Assembly (NCBI GenBank): GCA_000320545.1
Contig: ADNK01002641.1
Location: 1-64,000, forward strand
Source of the DNA: Bigelowiella natans CCMP2755
Lineage: Eukaryota; Protista; Cercozoa
Length of the DNA: 64,000 bases
Direction of reading: 5' to 3'
Shown here: positions 52,364 through 64,000 of the stretch, one piece after another
Layout of the letters: every line of letters starts with the position of its first letter
Numbering within the stretch: the first letter of the stretch is position 1
The notes under the pieces: model-generated
What the model was told of the DNA's origin: nothing
Databases searched by the model: none
Seen by the model: only the letters and a program-made list of their open reading frames with translations
Program-made: the position numbers and the translations under genes

Positions 52364-54784
52364 TTCCTTTAGATTCTATAGATAGAATTTTATGGTTTGA
52401 TTTATGATACATTCATACTGATCATAATTATGAAATTAAGCTGTTTGTTTTGGTACTATTAATACTGCTATCAATATGAATCTTGATTGTTTCTAGTATT
52501 ACTGTTATTGCAACTGTTGCAACTGTTACGACCTACTGTTTTTACTACCGCCAAGGTATATTCACGATTGGCGGAGAGAGTAATCAACCATTTAGATCAA
52601 CTTCCAATGGTAAGAAGAAAAAGAAGAAGAAGACGATAGACCATGTGCTCTCAATTTTAAATGTTATCTTATTTATGCAAATGTATTTATTGAAGAAGGT
52701 GATCTTGGTGGTGGTAGATAGATGTATAGATAGATGGATAATAATAGTAGTGGAAAAAAGTAATATTTATCAATGGGCTATATTTGCTTCTTTTTAATTG
52801 AATTTCATTATCATCATTAATCATCATCATCATCGTCGTCATTCTTCAGAACCTTCCCAAAGGATTATACCCCACATACCTCAATCCAACTACTGGTAGA
52901 CTTGTTATGTTGTTGTTGTTGTTGTTGTTGTTACAGCATGAGGGCGAGAAATAAGAGATAGGAAATAAATTCGGTGCATAGAGATATTAGGGTTAATGTT
53001 ACGCCTAAGAGAGTGATAATTCTAAACAAATATTTTATAATAGCACCCATTCTTATTATAATGTATTACCAATATTAATATTTTGAAGGACAGCTACAAT
53101 GACATGAATCTTCATCATCATTCTTATCAAACGCGAAGACTTTTACATATGAGTGCACATAAACTACAAATGTTGCTGTATATGATTATTATTTTCATCG
53201 CATTATTTGTTGTAAATAGGGGCTAAGGCGAGCAACGATGTCTCTATTGGGGGTGATATCATTTTCAGTGATAATCATAAAAATGATCGTGGGTTTTAGA
53301 ATTTTTTATCCGGGGCAATTTTGCTGTTTAGTGTTGCAGTACGACATCTCGATAGTTTTCATAATTTTGATTGTTTTTTTTATGAATATCTTGATGAATT
53401 ATTGTTCATTACATAATAGGGATGGGGGACTCCTGGTATGAATATGAGTTGAAGGCATGGTTGTTACTGTCAAGAAAGAATCCAAAATACCAAAGGTAAT
53501 TTAGTAGAAAGAGGAATGAAGTTACAGTAGAGAGGATGATCAAAAAGAAATTCCTGAACTATGGGGGGGGGGGGATTCTAACAGAAGAACATTTATTATC
53601 GCTGGTTGCTATCGAAACAAATATTGAGATAATGTTGTTTGTTTACATATTTCTAACATTTGCATAGCAACAATTAGATACTATTTTTAAACCAGGAATA
53701 GAACATTAGAAAGAGAAGACTTTAGATTAGAAACGATGCTGATGATAAAAAAGAAAATAAGAATTGCTAATAGTGTACGATGGTAACTAATCGTATGGGG
53801 ATGGTGACGATCAATTTGTATTATTTAAAAAAAAAATCGTTATTTCGCCGTATCCTCCTTTTTTATTCTCCCTTTTTTGTCGCCTAAGAATGTATCTGGA
53901 AAGTATCCGTGCTATCCAAGAGAGGTAATGTAAAAAGCAAAAAACTTATTCGCATGCATTGATGTTGGAAGATGTTCTAAGAGTGTAATTAAAACTGATA
54001 GGAAAAATATGTAATTTTGTGATTTCTTTTTCATGCAAGCGGGAGCATGAAATTATCACAATTAGTCATTTATTACCACTAGTATACATAAATCATTATT
54101 TATTAAAATTTTAGCATTTTTCTAATATATTATTGGCCGCTATCACCACCTTAGGCTTGTTGGTCGCACAAAAAGTGGAAAGTAAGATATGAAAAGATAG
54201 GATTATGGGGATCAAAAAAAAATTCTATGTGTAAAAGCAAACAAATGGGGGACTATGTAACATGCAGAAACAAAGGACTAAAAACATCTTCGAGCAGTGA
54301 TATTAATAATGCGAATCAATTGGTCATATATTTGGTGTGGTTTTCATGTTGTACTGATTTTATGTTTTAAAACAGGGCGTGGATAAAAACCCTCAAAGGC
54401 CCTTTCGATAATGGTTGCTTCATTAAACAGATAAATTCATTATGTCTAGCAATTCATTGGCTTACGACTATATCATTAATACTACAAAAAGTACAGTAAA
54501 TGTTCAATTATATTTGTAAATTCTCTGAATATATTTATCTATTTTTAAAATCCGTAATCATCAACCATGATTCATCGCATGATTTTACACACTTACACTA
54601 CGGTATCCAAATTTTTAACTTCCTCGATTTTCCCCTCGTATGCATCAAATCTTCCTCGTCTTTTGATTAAAATCAGGTATGATGGAACATCTAGTTTGTT
54701 TTCTGCCAGGGACAATTGCCCTTGGAGTTCACAATAAGGCATGTGTAAAAAATTCATATACGAATGCTTATAGTATATTATATA

Positions 54785-54870
<86 letters not shown>

Positions 54871-55681
54871 TAACATTTGTGTGCATACATGTTTATGTGT
54901 ACATATATTTAAAAATTATAACTCTGGTACAAGATAATATAGGAATTATATTTACAAGAACAACAAGAATAAGTCATAATGTTCCAAAAGATGTAAAGCA
55001 AGGATAAAAATATTATATTTCATTCACTTAGTCTTTTAATATGAATCTGTAATTAAAAAGAAAATCCTATAATGGCCATATCGTAAAATTATAATATCCA
55101 AAAACAATCCAATTTATCCGTTCAATATATTTTAATTCATTTCATTATTTTATTACAGGTTTCTGAGAATCAAATGGAGCTCGACTCTCAGATGGAGCTG
55201 GCAAAGGATCTCATGGACACGTGCTATGATATGTCACATCAAAATCTAATTAATTAAATAGAGCTCTTACTTAGCTAATTTCTTACATGAACAACATCTA
55301 ATAACAACAAAGGTATGATAAATTATCGTCAACTAAACTTGCACCGGATTCAGTGAGGTGCTTATTATTTTTTGCTCCACATCTGTATCTTATTCCATTG
55401 TGTAGAGGGATCGTTTATTTTGGTGTTTCAGTTATTGCTATATCAATCCATGAATTACTCAAACCTCTTCTGATATATGTTATGCTTAAATTTAATCTTG
55501 CCGCATTAATAGACGATATATATACTAAATATTAAGGTATAGAATATAAACTTCAATTGAAAATTAAATTTACTTGTTTGAAAATGTAATAACAGGTTCC
55601 GTGGAGGTGCCATGACAATTCATGGTTCACAATTCAGATTAAGGTTAATTATGATATTGCAAAGAAGGAATTATAAATCTG

Positions 55682-55739
<58 letters not shown>

Positions 55740-57276
55740 TTAGGTGTCTGTGTGTATGTATGTGTGTATATACATATATATCACGCTCTCTCCCATTCTC
55801 TTTCTTTCTCTTTCTCTTTCTCATTCTTCTCCTTTTTCCACATCTTGCTGAGTATGCACTGTGTGTTGTAGAATGTAGTGCGTGTGTGTGTGTGTGTTTG
55901 CATGTGTGTATGTGCTTGCCTAAATTGCCATTGCTCTTATGATAGGCCAGAGACTGTGGAAAGTCTTTTCTATATGTGGAGAATTACACACGACGATAAA
56001 TACAGAAAAATGTAATTACCATATAGAGAGCAATTTTGAGTCCTCATTGAATATGCTTTAAATGAATATACTCGCTAAAAATTGTCACCTTTAAGGGCAT
56101 GGAATATATACAAAGCGATGGATACATACTGCAAGGTGTTGCGATGTTTAAAGATATTGATAACATAACACATCAGAAATTCTTTGAGATCAATGATTCT
56201 CTGTGTAATATAACTACATCTTTAATTTAGTTTTGATAATATACAAAGGTGGATGGGGTCGGACATGCCAATATTTTTGATGTAAATTCTCCAAGCCGTA
56301 AAGAAGATAGGTATATATTTTGAAATAAGCAGTTCTTACCTGCATTCTTTAAGATATTACGTTTTTCCAGAACCACTTTAGCAAAATATGTATATAAACA
56401 TCATGTAATAGAGATAAAATTAACTAAAATTATAATCTCTTTCGCATTAGAATGGAATCTTTCTGGTTGGCAGAAACTCTAAAGTAAATAGATTTTTTCA
56501 ATATATGTAAAATATGACGATTAAAAGGTGAATATGATGATCCTATATAATTTTGTTTGATTTGTAACGACAAGGATTTAATTCTAATTCAAGTTATTTA
56601 TGCAAATGTATTTCATGCTAAGTATTTTTTAATATCACAAATTTGAAAAAAATGTTTTGAGGCTATTCAAATCTCAGAGACTTTTGATCATTGTTCAATT
56701 GTAAAAATTTAATGTACATAAATTTTGTTGTATCTTGATAATAATTTAAATTTAATGATTGATTTGCAAATTTTCATGCAGATACTTATACTTGACTTTC
56801 GAAGATGATTCCGTAATCGATATCAATAAGTAAGTATCAAAGTGTGCAACGACCTTTTTATCAGTATCTGATAGTAGATAATAAGCGTTGAAATGATGGG
56901 GTTGTATTCGGCAAAGAAGTAATACTATCTACCCCTTTTAGAAGAACTAAAACTATTTAGTTGATTTTTAGCTTCATAAAATAAAATATAGCTAAGATTA
57001 AGATAAGTTAGGATTTTTAACTAGATTGGATTTCCAACATTATAATCCGTAGATTCGTTTTTAATACTGAAGCTCACCCGTTTCGTGTTATCGAAAAGAA
57101 AATGGTAAGTAGTAATACTAAGTAACATTAGCATTCGTAGTGGAACATAGTAGTGCATAAAATAGGAATGATATTCAAAATTTGCGAACAATGGGAAAAC
57201 TAAATCTAAAATTGACGTTAAAAATTATCCTGGATTAAATTGCAAAGCAGAGATTTAAGATAATCAGCAAAATTCA

Positions 57277-57329
<53 letters not shown>

Positions 57330-57489
57330 GCGCGCACACAGATACACATTTACAATACTTTGCGACATTTTTTGAAAAAAAAATAACACGCTGCAATCGA
57401 TATGGTTCCCTTAGTTTGGATATTTACAGATAAGTTACCTTTTTTTTAATTAGGATCTCGATCTTGTTAGCAGTAGTGCAGCCAGTTGA
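46597..57489 (+). CDS. Class I alpha-1,2-mannosidase (glycoside hydrolase family 47), more than 25 small exons
   Basis: Exons encode AW|[14 protein letters not shown]|[11 protein letters not shown]|DSLFIMG, SFFE|[16 protein letters not shown]|[52 protein letters not shown]|YLYLTF and FNTEAHP. An N-terminal TM-like exon lies at ~47190. The start codon is tentative. Confidence 0.95.
50030..50157. repeat. Intronic 25-bp tandem repeat, about 5 copies
   Basis: Unit taaatatatcgtgatcatc(a/g)tattc. Confidence 0.9.
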
Positions 57490-57789
57490 ATTAAGCGTTA
57501 AATTATTATACCTCAATGATCATAAGGCTTTATTGATCGCGTATTCGGCATATATTTACATTAAAATGAGTGAGCGGAGATCAAGCTTTGTGCCCTGAAT
57601 CAATCTAATAAAGGATGATAAAGGGACCTTAATTTTACACTGGAGCAGTAGTATATGCGGGTAGCGCGGCTTATGCCATCCATCCTAACGATGTGACGCG
57701 GCACTACTATAATGGAAAGCACACAAGCTTAGAATAGCCTTAGTATTTTAGTTCAATAGCTACAATTTAAATGTACGTACATCTGCATG

Positions 57790-58900
57790 TACGATATTAC
57801 TTGCACCATGTGTACATGCTCGCGTGACAACAGCAAGCATGCATACTGTGTGCATCGGCAGCCGCATATATACATACATGATCACCTTGCATGCATGCAG
57901 CCATGGCTATGTGGCTACGTATCGTACTCATTCTCACATATTATCAAGCGGATCGACGTGGCAAAACCAGAACAACAAAATTGACTAGGGGAGTTCTTAA
58001 ACTCGTATATTGAAAATGCACACGTGTACGCACGTGCACGCGTGGCAATAGCATAGCGTTTCTTCGATAGCGCAATGCATCGGGCGCAAATCATTTATTG
58101 TCATTTGCATGCACTGATTAGAAACCAGGGCTACGTACGTCCGTGCAAATGTGTCATCATCTTCGTTCTGCATGTGTGAATTTGACGCTCATTGCCCTGT
58201 AAACCTGGTCTACTTCATGTAGGTCCAAAGTCCACTGACCAATGCATCTAGGCATGTGAATTGAACAAAGCGATCTAACGATCCACAGCATGCTTCATAG
58301 TGTTTGAGCCTCATCGCGCAATCATCTTGTTTAGCTCTAGAGCTGTGCGCGTCGTCCGCGCTTGCACCTTGTGCAACCGATTCTTCGATCGCGCGCAGTT
58401 TCATTTTGCATTCGTTTGCATTCATTTAATGCGAATGGAATTCTTAGATGTGCTTCATTGATTTGCTTGAGTTCAACATTTTTCACTTGCGTCCCATGAA
58501 TGTGGGTTGATTGTCCTAGTCGATGATTGCGCGAGCCGAATCGATCGAATAGTAAACCACGTGATTTTTTATCCTCATGTTTTGCGGAACATGGCACAAG
58601 TTTTGAGCAATGAACAGGAGGAGCGAGCGATCAACAATCATTTTGCCATTGATTGCACAGCAAATGTTCCGGATGGTGGGCACTCCCGATCGACAAAAAA
58701 AAGCGTAAACAAATAAAGAAAGTCACACTTTAAATTAAGGAAGATGACAAATCTTGACCAGATTTGCACGTTTCGTGCTGCGCCGATACATTCTTGATTT
58801 CGTGCATAGTGCGATACATGTTGCACTAGTGTGCAACTGAGTGTAGCACATGCACAATGCTCTAGATAGATGCTGAACAATATCTGATGGCTACATATTT
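57790..58900. other. Partially TpA-depleted intergenic domain 6, between convergent genes
   Basis: TGCA, CATG and CACGTG are enriched and TA is reduced relative to the very TA-rich flanking introns, but many TAs remain. Confidence 0.5.
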
Positions 58901-59056
58901 CTACTATGTGCAGTAAATATTCATTAGTGCAGGCAGTCATACGGTGAAAATGTAATCAAGAGCCTATGCGAGGACGATCTTGTCCATCTGACCAACATGA
59001 ACTTTGGGAATTTATTTGTTGCGGGTACAGAATTTCTTGTTCATTCACAGCAACAC

Positions 59057-59227
59057 TTAATTCTTATCCAAACCACGGCTTTCTATCGCTGCGTCTTTCT
59101 TCCTATCATCATTCTCATTTTCCCGAAATAGCTCGCGAGGGACATATGACTTATTTTGCTTCCATGATGAACCATCTTTTCAACATTATTTTACAATCAG
59201 ACTGCTGCATAAAACATATGTATATTG

Positions 59228-59293
<66 letters not shown>

Positions 59294-59744
59294 TATTTAG
59301 TGTATTATCATCTCCGTGGCATTATGTGTCTACAGGGTGTATACTGGTGTGTGTAGCCTCTTGAGATAGTGAATGTAAAACTCATATTCAGCATACCCAT
59401 GTCTACATTGTGAGATCAAAATTTACAGATATACACTTTTACTGCCACTGCTCTCTAAGTTAGATAGGCTATTACCTGTGTAATGCTCCTTCTTCCAGAT
59501 GGGTACTGTTTTTTTTAGTTGGTCTATAGCCCAGTGAACAGCATTTAATGCTTCCTATCGTGTGTTGTATTATTGTTTCAATCATATTTATTCCACCATT
59601 GTAATAGTATTGTTTAAAGTTGTAACGACCATCATATACCAAAGCGATGCATAGAGGAAGAGTATGAGAAACTTTGTTCTTTTATTATCTATTCGACCGA
59701 TTCTACTTCCAATACTACTACTACTACTACTACTACAACAGCAT

Positions 59745-59781
<37 letters not shown>

Positions 59782-60002
59782 ACCATTACTACTGATCGTT
59801 AGTTAGCCTCTTTTTATACAAACTGTTGGCTATCTTCCATACTATCCAGCTCGACAACAATACAATTGGAATACAATATAAATGTGCTACCTTCCTATGA
59901 GGTGAAGATGCTGCAATCATCACGCTTGCTTGGCCGACAGGACAAACACCCAATCTAGTTGTGAAGTTATAAACAAATGGCGTTCATTAATTTAGTTGTT
60001 GT

Positions 60003-60044
<42 letters not shown>

Positions 60045-61666
60045 CTTTCATTTCAATAGGTCACAATTAGGCGCTTATTACAAACTAATCTTGGAGGGGG
60101 AAAACAACGAAAAATTGAGACGAATCAGCAAAAAATATTCTCTTTCTCTTTGAATCATCTGTAAGACCTATTCGCGACTCAATATATAAAATACTGGAAA
60201 AATAGTCTAATATTTCATTGTACTGTTAGCTGTTCCCATTATCAATAGATCACACGAAAATTGAAACCAAATATAAATATCACGCTGTTAAGTCTAAATT
60301 GTGTCATGTGGTTGCGTGCCAACCTATGAAGTATGACGATCTTTCTCATTTCAGTCCACGTGTTACGCATTTCTAAACAAATCTTTTTCATTTGCTTAAG
60401 AGCCATAGGAGCGTATGCCTTTGTTTCACACCAGAGCACCCATGGAAGAGTATACTTCAAACAGTTTGGTGGAAGTATTAGCTATCCCAGAAATAATGCT
60501 TGAGATGTGGAAGTAGTAGCAGCAACAGTTGCAGGAGAATAGTATACTAGTAATTTTGGTAGTAAAAATGTGGTGTAGTAGTAGTAGTAGTAGTAGTAGT
60601 AGTAACGATATTAATCAGCATTATCATCATCATCTCAGCAGCAGTAGCGGTAAAGATATCCTGTCTATTCTTACCTCATATGAGAGTTGTGTAACCGTTT
60701 TTCCTTGGAATGTGTTTCGTGTAGTTCCTACGAACGTCGCTATAGCACCGCAACATTCATCCACTGCCTACGATACAGAATTGGTGATATATGTTAGGCA
60801 CCATGATTAGTACGATGGTATCATAAGTTACTTGTTCGAACGACATCATCACGGTTTAGTTTTATCATAATTTCACAGGAATGTATGGCGGCTCATCACT
60901 CCTCCTATATCATTATCATCATTTTATAAGCGAGATTTCGTCGCTATCATCATTATCATTATCATCACTATCTCTATTTTTTAATCCGCATCTGTGTAAT
61001 TTGCACCATGATCTCTGTGGATCTATCACTATTCGAATGCACTTGCTAGGATGTATTGTGGCTGCACATTTTGGTCAACTTCGATATCTAAGATGTAATG
61101 CACCATGATCTCTGTGGATCTATCACTATTCGAATGCACTTGCTAGGATGTAGTATTGTGGCTGCACATTTTGGTCAACTTCGATATCTAAGATGTAATC
61201 AAGTGGCTGCTCACGGCACCAATTTAAGCAAGTCATCATCCTCTAATTTTGCGTACCTGATAGAAAAATGGATGATCAATATCTTTTTCTTCTTTTTCAT
61301 CATCAATGTTTGTATTTATTCACCACAAATTTCAATATTATACTCCTACGTGAGTTTTAAGTAATCGCCATCAGAGCAGTCGAGAAATTGATTTTTGTCC
61401 CCCCTACTCGCGCTGGTCCTCGTCGTATTCTTTGATTCCCCGTTCTTATCATCAGCAGAATTATAGTAGGAATGACGAGAGAAGACTTTCTTCTCGCCCA
61501 ATACGGCAACAAGAGTTCCAGAGAGTACGAATCCCAGTGCCACCCCAGCAGCAGCAGCAGCAGCAGCAGTAGCGATTGAAATTGAGGAAGAAGAATTTGA
61601 TGGTGATGATGACGATGATAGTGATGATGATGATGATCCCAAGTTTTGCCCATTTTTAGTTTGCAT
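59057..61666 (-). CDS. MOCS2B: Molybdopterin synthase catalytic subunit (MoaE/MOCS2B)
   Basis: Exons give [25 protein letters not shown]|[14 protein letters not shown]...VILHR|[21 protein letters not shown]|[26 protein letters not shown]|DGSSWKQNK...*, the canonical MoaE motifs. The start codon is tentative. Confidence 0.93.
61002..61199. repeat. Intronic ~97-bp tandem duplication
   Basis: tgcaccatgatctctgtgg...ctaagatgtaa occurs twice; the second copy has a 3-bp insertion. Confidence 0.9.
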
Positions 61667-61752
61667 GATGATTAAATTAACAGTAGCAATGTTGCCTGTT
61701 GTTAGAAAGTTAATTATGTGATGAGTTACATCCTTGACTATCCAGCTACAGC

Positions 61753-61799
<47 letters not shown>

Positions 61800-61949
61800 T
61801 GCAATGGTGTCCACTCTACTAATTTCCTAGGACTTCCTGGACTTCCTACTACTACTTCTCTTGTATCGGAGAAAACATAACAAAAATTGAACAATTTCAC
61901 CACAAAATGATGATGATGTTTTAGACAAATAATGGCCTACTTTTTTTGG

Positions 61950-64000
61950 TAATTTTCGGATGCAAGGCATGCATGATGCTGTTTTTGGTAAACATTCGAG
62001 AAATCCCATTCAACTTTCAAAGTGGCAGCAAGAACAGCATGTTTTTCGCATCAAATCACAAGCAGGGCATGAAAAACAAGCAGGGCGTGAAAAAGTGCAT
62101 GGATTGTGGTGCTGACAAGTCCTTGCAACGAGTGTTGTTGAGGCTCTGCTGCATGCAAACGCCTGTCTCCCATGCGTGGTTCTGGCGCATGTAGATTTGA
62201 TCAACGCTTTGTTCATTGTTCTTTGTTCATTGTGCGAAGTTTTTGTTGTTCCACCACCATCAGTCAGACCATCTGTTCAACACGACGCTCAACAAAACAA
62301 CTGAAAAGCGTGAGTCAGACACAGTTCAGAAAGTTCTTGGTCAGAATGAACACCTCACGTGACATTGCCGATGGTCACGCTGCTTCCCAGCAGCTTTCAT
62401 GCCAACTTTCAAATCGTGCTGGTTTCAATGAAGATCAGTCCTCGCTGCACTCAGGTCGAGGCACTGCGTTTCGCACTTTGCAAGTGTCGTCGTCCAACAC
62501 TTTGGAAACCTCAACTTTCATCACCATTTCTTCCTTTTTTCTTGCTGGCTTGCCCAGTTGTGCGATGATCGCGCGCGATGGGCAAGGTCGTGACGTTGCT
62601 CTCAGCTCGAGCTAGCGAGGCTCTGCTGCGCGTTTCACGATTTGCAAGTTTCGTGCAACACTTTGGAGGCGTGCCAGCGTGGTCGATCAACGATGTTCCT
62701 GAATTGTTGTTTTCCAGTTTCGTCACGCGTGCAATGACGACGCTTGCACCACACTCACTTGGCGTCCAATTGAGTCCAGAAGTGAGAGCGCACCCGGCGT
62801 GCACGTGGACTTCCCCTTCCCAACCCCTGGCCCCCTCCAACATCGCACGCTAGCACGGCCAATGAACTCGCTGAACAGTGCAATTCTGGTCGCCACGTCC
62901 AGCCACCTGCTGCCCTGGCGTGGAACGCTAGCACGTCTCTCACCCGCCCTGTCAGCTGTCAGCCTGACCCCTGCTTGGTGGTGGTCTGCAGTGGTCTCAA
63001 GTCATGCAGCAAGCTGGCAAGGTTGCCGCCACGCTTGGAACTTCGTTGTTTGAAAGTGTTTGCGATGCACCTTTTCAGCATCGCACCGGCACTGCTAGAC
63101 TGCCAGACACTGGAGCACTTTCCCAAACCAACACGAACAAGAGTCACCCCAACAAGACCTTCTTGAGCTTCGCTGGTTCGTTTCAATGACCCAGCTAGCT
63201 AGCTGGTGGCCCGCAGCAGAACAGCCGTGCACGCTGGTGCAATCAGCAATGCAGTGAGTGCCAGAGTGCTGGAACGTTTCTGCGGATCCATCGATCGATC
63301 TGGACACCTGGACTGGTGGATTGCACGCCCCTGTGCCCGCAGTGCCAGAGCAGCGCGCACGCACCCGATGCTTTGGCATGTCTGCCAGTCCAGTGTGTGG
63401 ACTCATGAGTCCATGCACGTGCACGCGCAAGAGAACACGTGCACCCGTGCACACCACTCACCCACGCTGCACTTGAAAAGCACACGTGCTCTGTTCACAT
63501 CCACACACGCACCAAACAAGCTGCGACACGTGCACCAAAATTGCCAAGTGCAGCGGCACACGTGCAGTTGCAGGCACGTGTGAACTGGATGATGCACACG
63601 TCGCAGACGGCACGCATCAGCGCACGCATGTGCGTGGACTCACAAGTCCGTGTGCCAGACTGGACTGGCAAGCCAGCTAGCAGTGGGCCACGCTGGTCCG
63701 CGAATCATCACGCAATGATTCACAACGGACATCGCCAATGATGATGTTGCATCATGGAATGATCATGCAATGAAATTCATCACATCGTGATTTTGCGCCG
63801 TTGAACAAAGGTCGACATCAGCATTGAGCAACGGGCATGCGAGATGGAGGCAGTCGATGCACCCCAAAACAACCAAGCGAACTGACGTTGCCGAACATTG
63901 CAATTGGTGGGTGGCAGGGAGCAGACGGCGAGTGCAAGACCCCAACAAAACCATGACAGCAGCAGAGAAGCTCAAGCTCATGGAAGCACTTCGAATCGAT
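61950..64000. other. TpA-depleted domain 7 (runs off the window), with dispersed-repeat fragments
   Basis: After ~62200 the only TAs I see are in CTAG; shares segments with 44.8-45.4 kb and 26.8-27.0 kb. Confidence 0.88.

Larger units (their letters stand above)
630..61800. repeat. Very dense microsatellites in introns and low-complexity exons: (TA)n, (CA)n, (GA)n, (CAT)n, (TAG)n, (AAC)n
   Basis: Visible throughout genic regions, e.g. (TA)n at 54788-54867. Confidence 0.95.

Noticed and set aside
57279-57340. (CA)n(CG)n tract with Z-DNA potential
   Set aside because: An ordinary compound intronic microsatellite with no evidence of function.
58210-58716. Possible degenerate gene in the intergenic region
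   Set aside because: Protein-like fragments but no recognisable motif or consistent splice model.
1-64000. The gene encoding the putative mutator enzyme; tRNA or rRNA genes
   Set aside because: No deaminase motif (H-x-E...P-C-x-x-C) or structural RNA gene was recognisable; the unresolved hypothetical genes cannot be excluded but nothing supports them.

Overview
Intron-rich, microsatellite-rich eukaryotic nuclear DNA from an alga with a secondary plastid. It is probably a chlorarachniophyte, inferred only from the signal peptide + transit peptide + TAT leader of Psb27. About a dozen host genes were reconstructed by eye: a tandem SPRY-domain protein, an NCKX-like cation/Ca2+ exchanger, an intronless ependymin-like secreted protein, psb27, a GH47 alpha-1,2-mannosidase, MOCS2B/MoaE and several hypothetical genes. 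Mobile DNA comprises a full-length Ty3/gypsy LTR retrotransposon (38105-44600, 422-bp LTRs, CATGC target-site duplication, two CCCH zinc fingers in Gag) and a non-autonomous hAT-type element (45083-46044, 45-bp TIRs, 8-bp TSD). The main discovery is the footprint of an apparent TpA-targeted A:T-to-G:C hypermutation system, a 'reverse RIP'. Transposons, a pseudogene and nearly all non-promoter intergenic DNA have lost almost every TA dinucleotide (TA to TG or CA, on both strands). Conserved tyrosines became Cys or His (RT YVDD to HVDD; 1 Tyr in about 1570 aa of gag-pol), and surviving TAs sit mostly in CTAG/TAG/CTA. Paired copies (LTRs, TIRs) differ almost only at TA sites. Genes, their introns and promoters are spared. 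All counts and exon models were made by eye and need computational confirmation.
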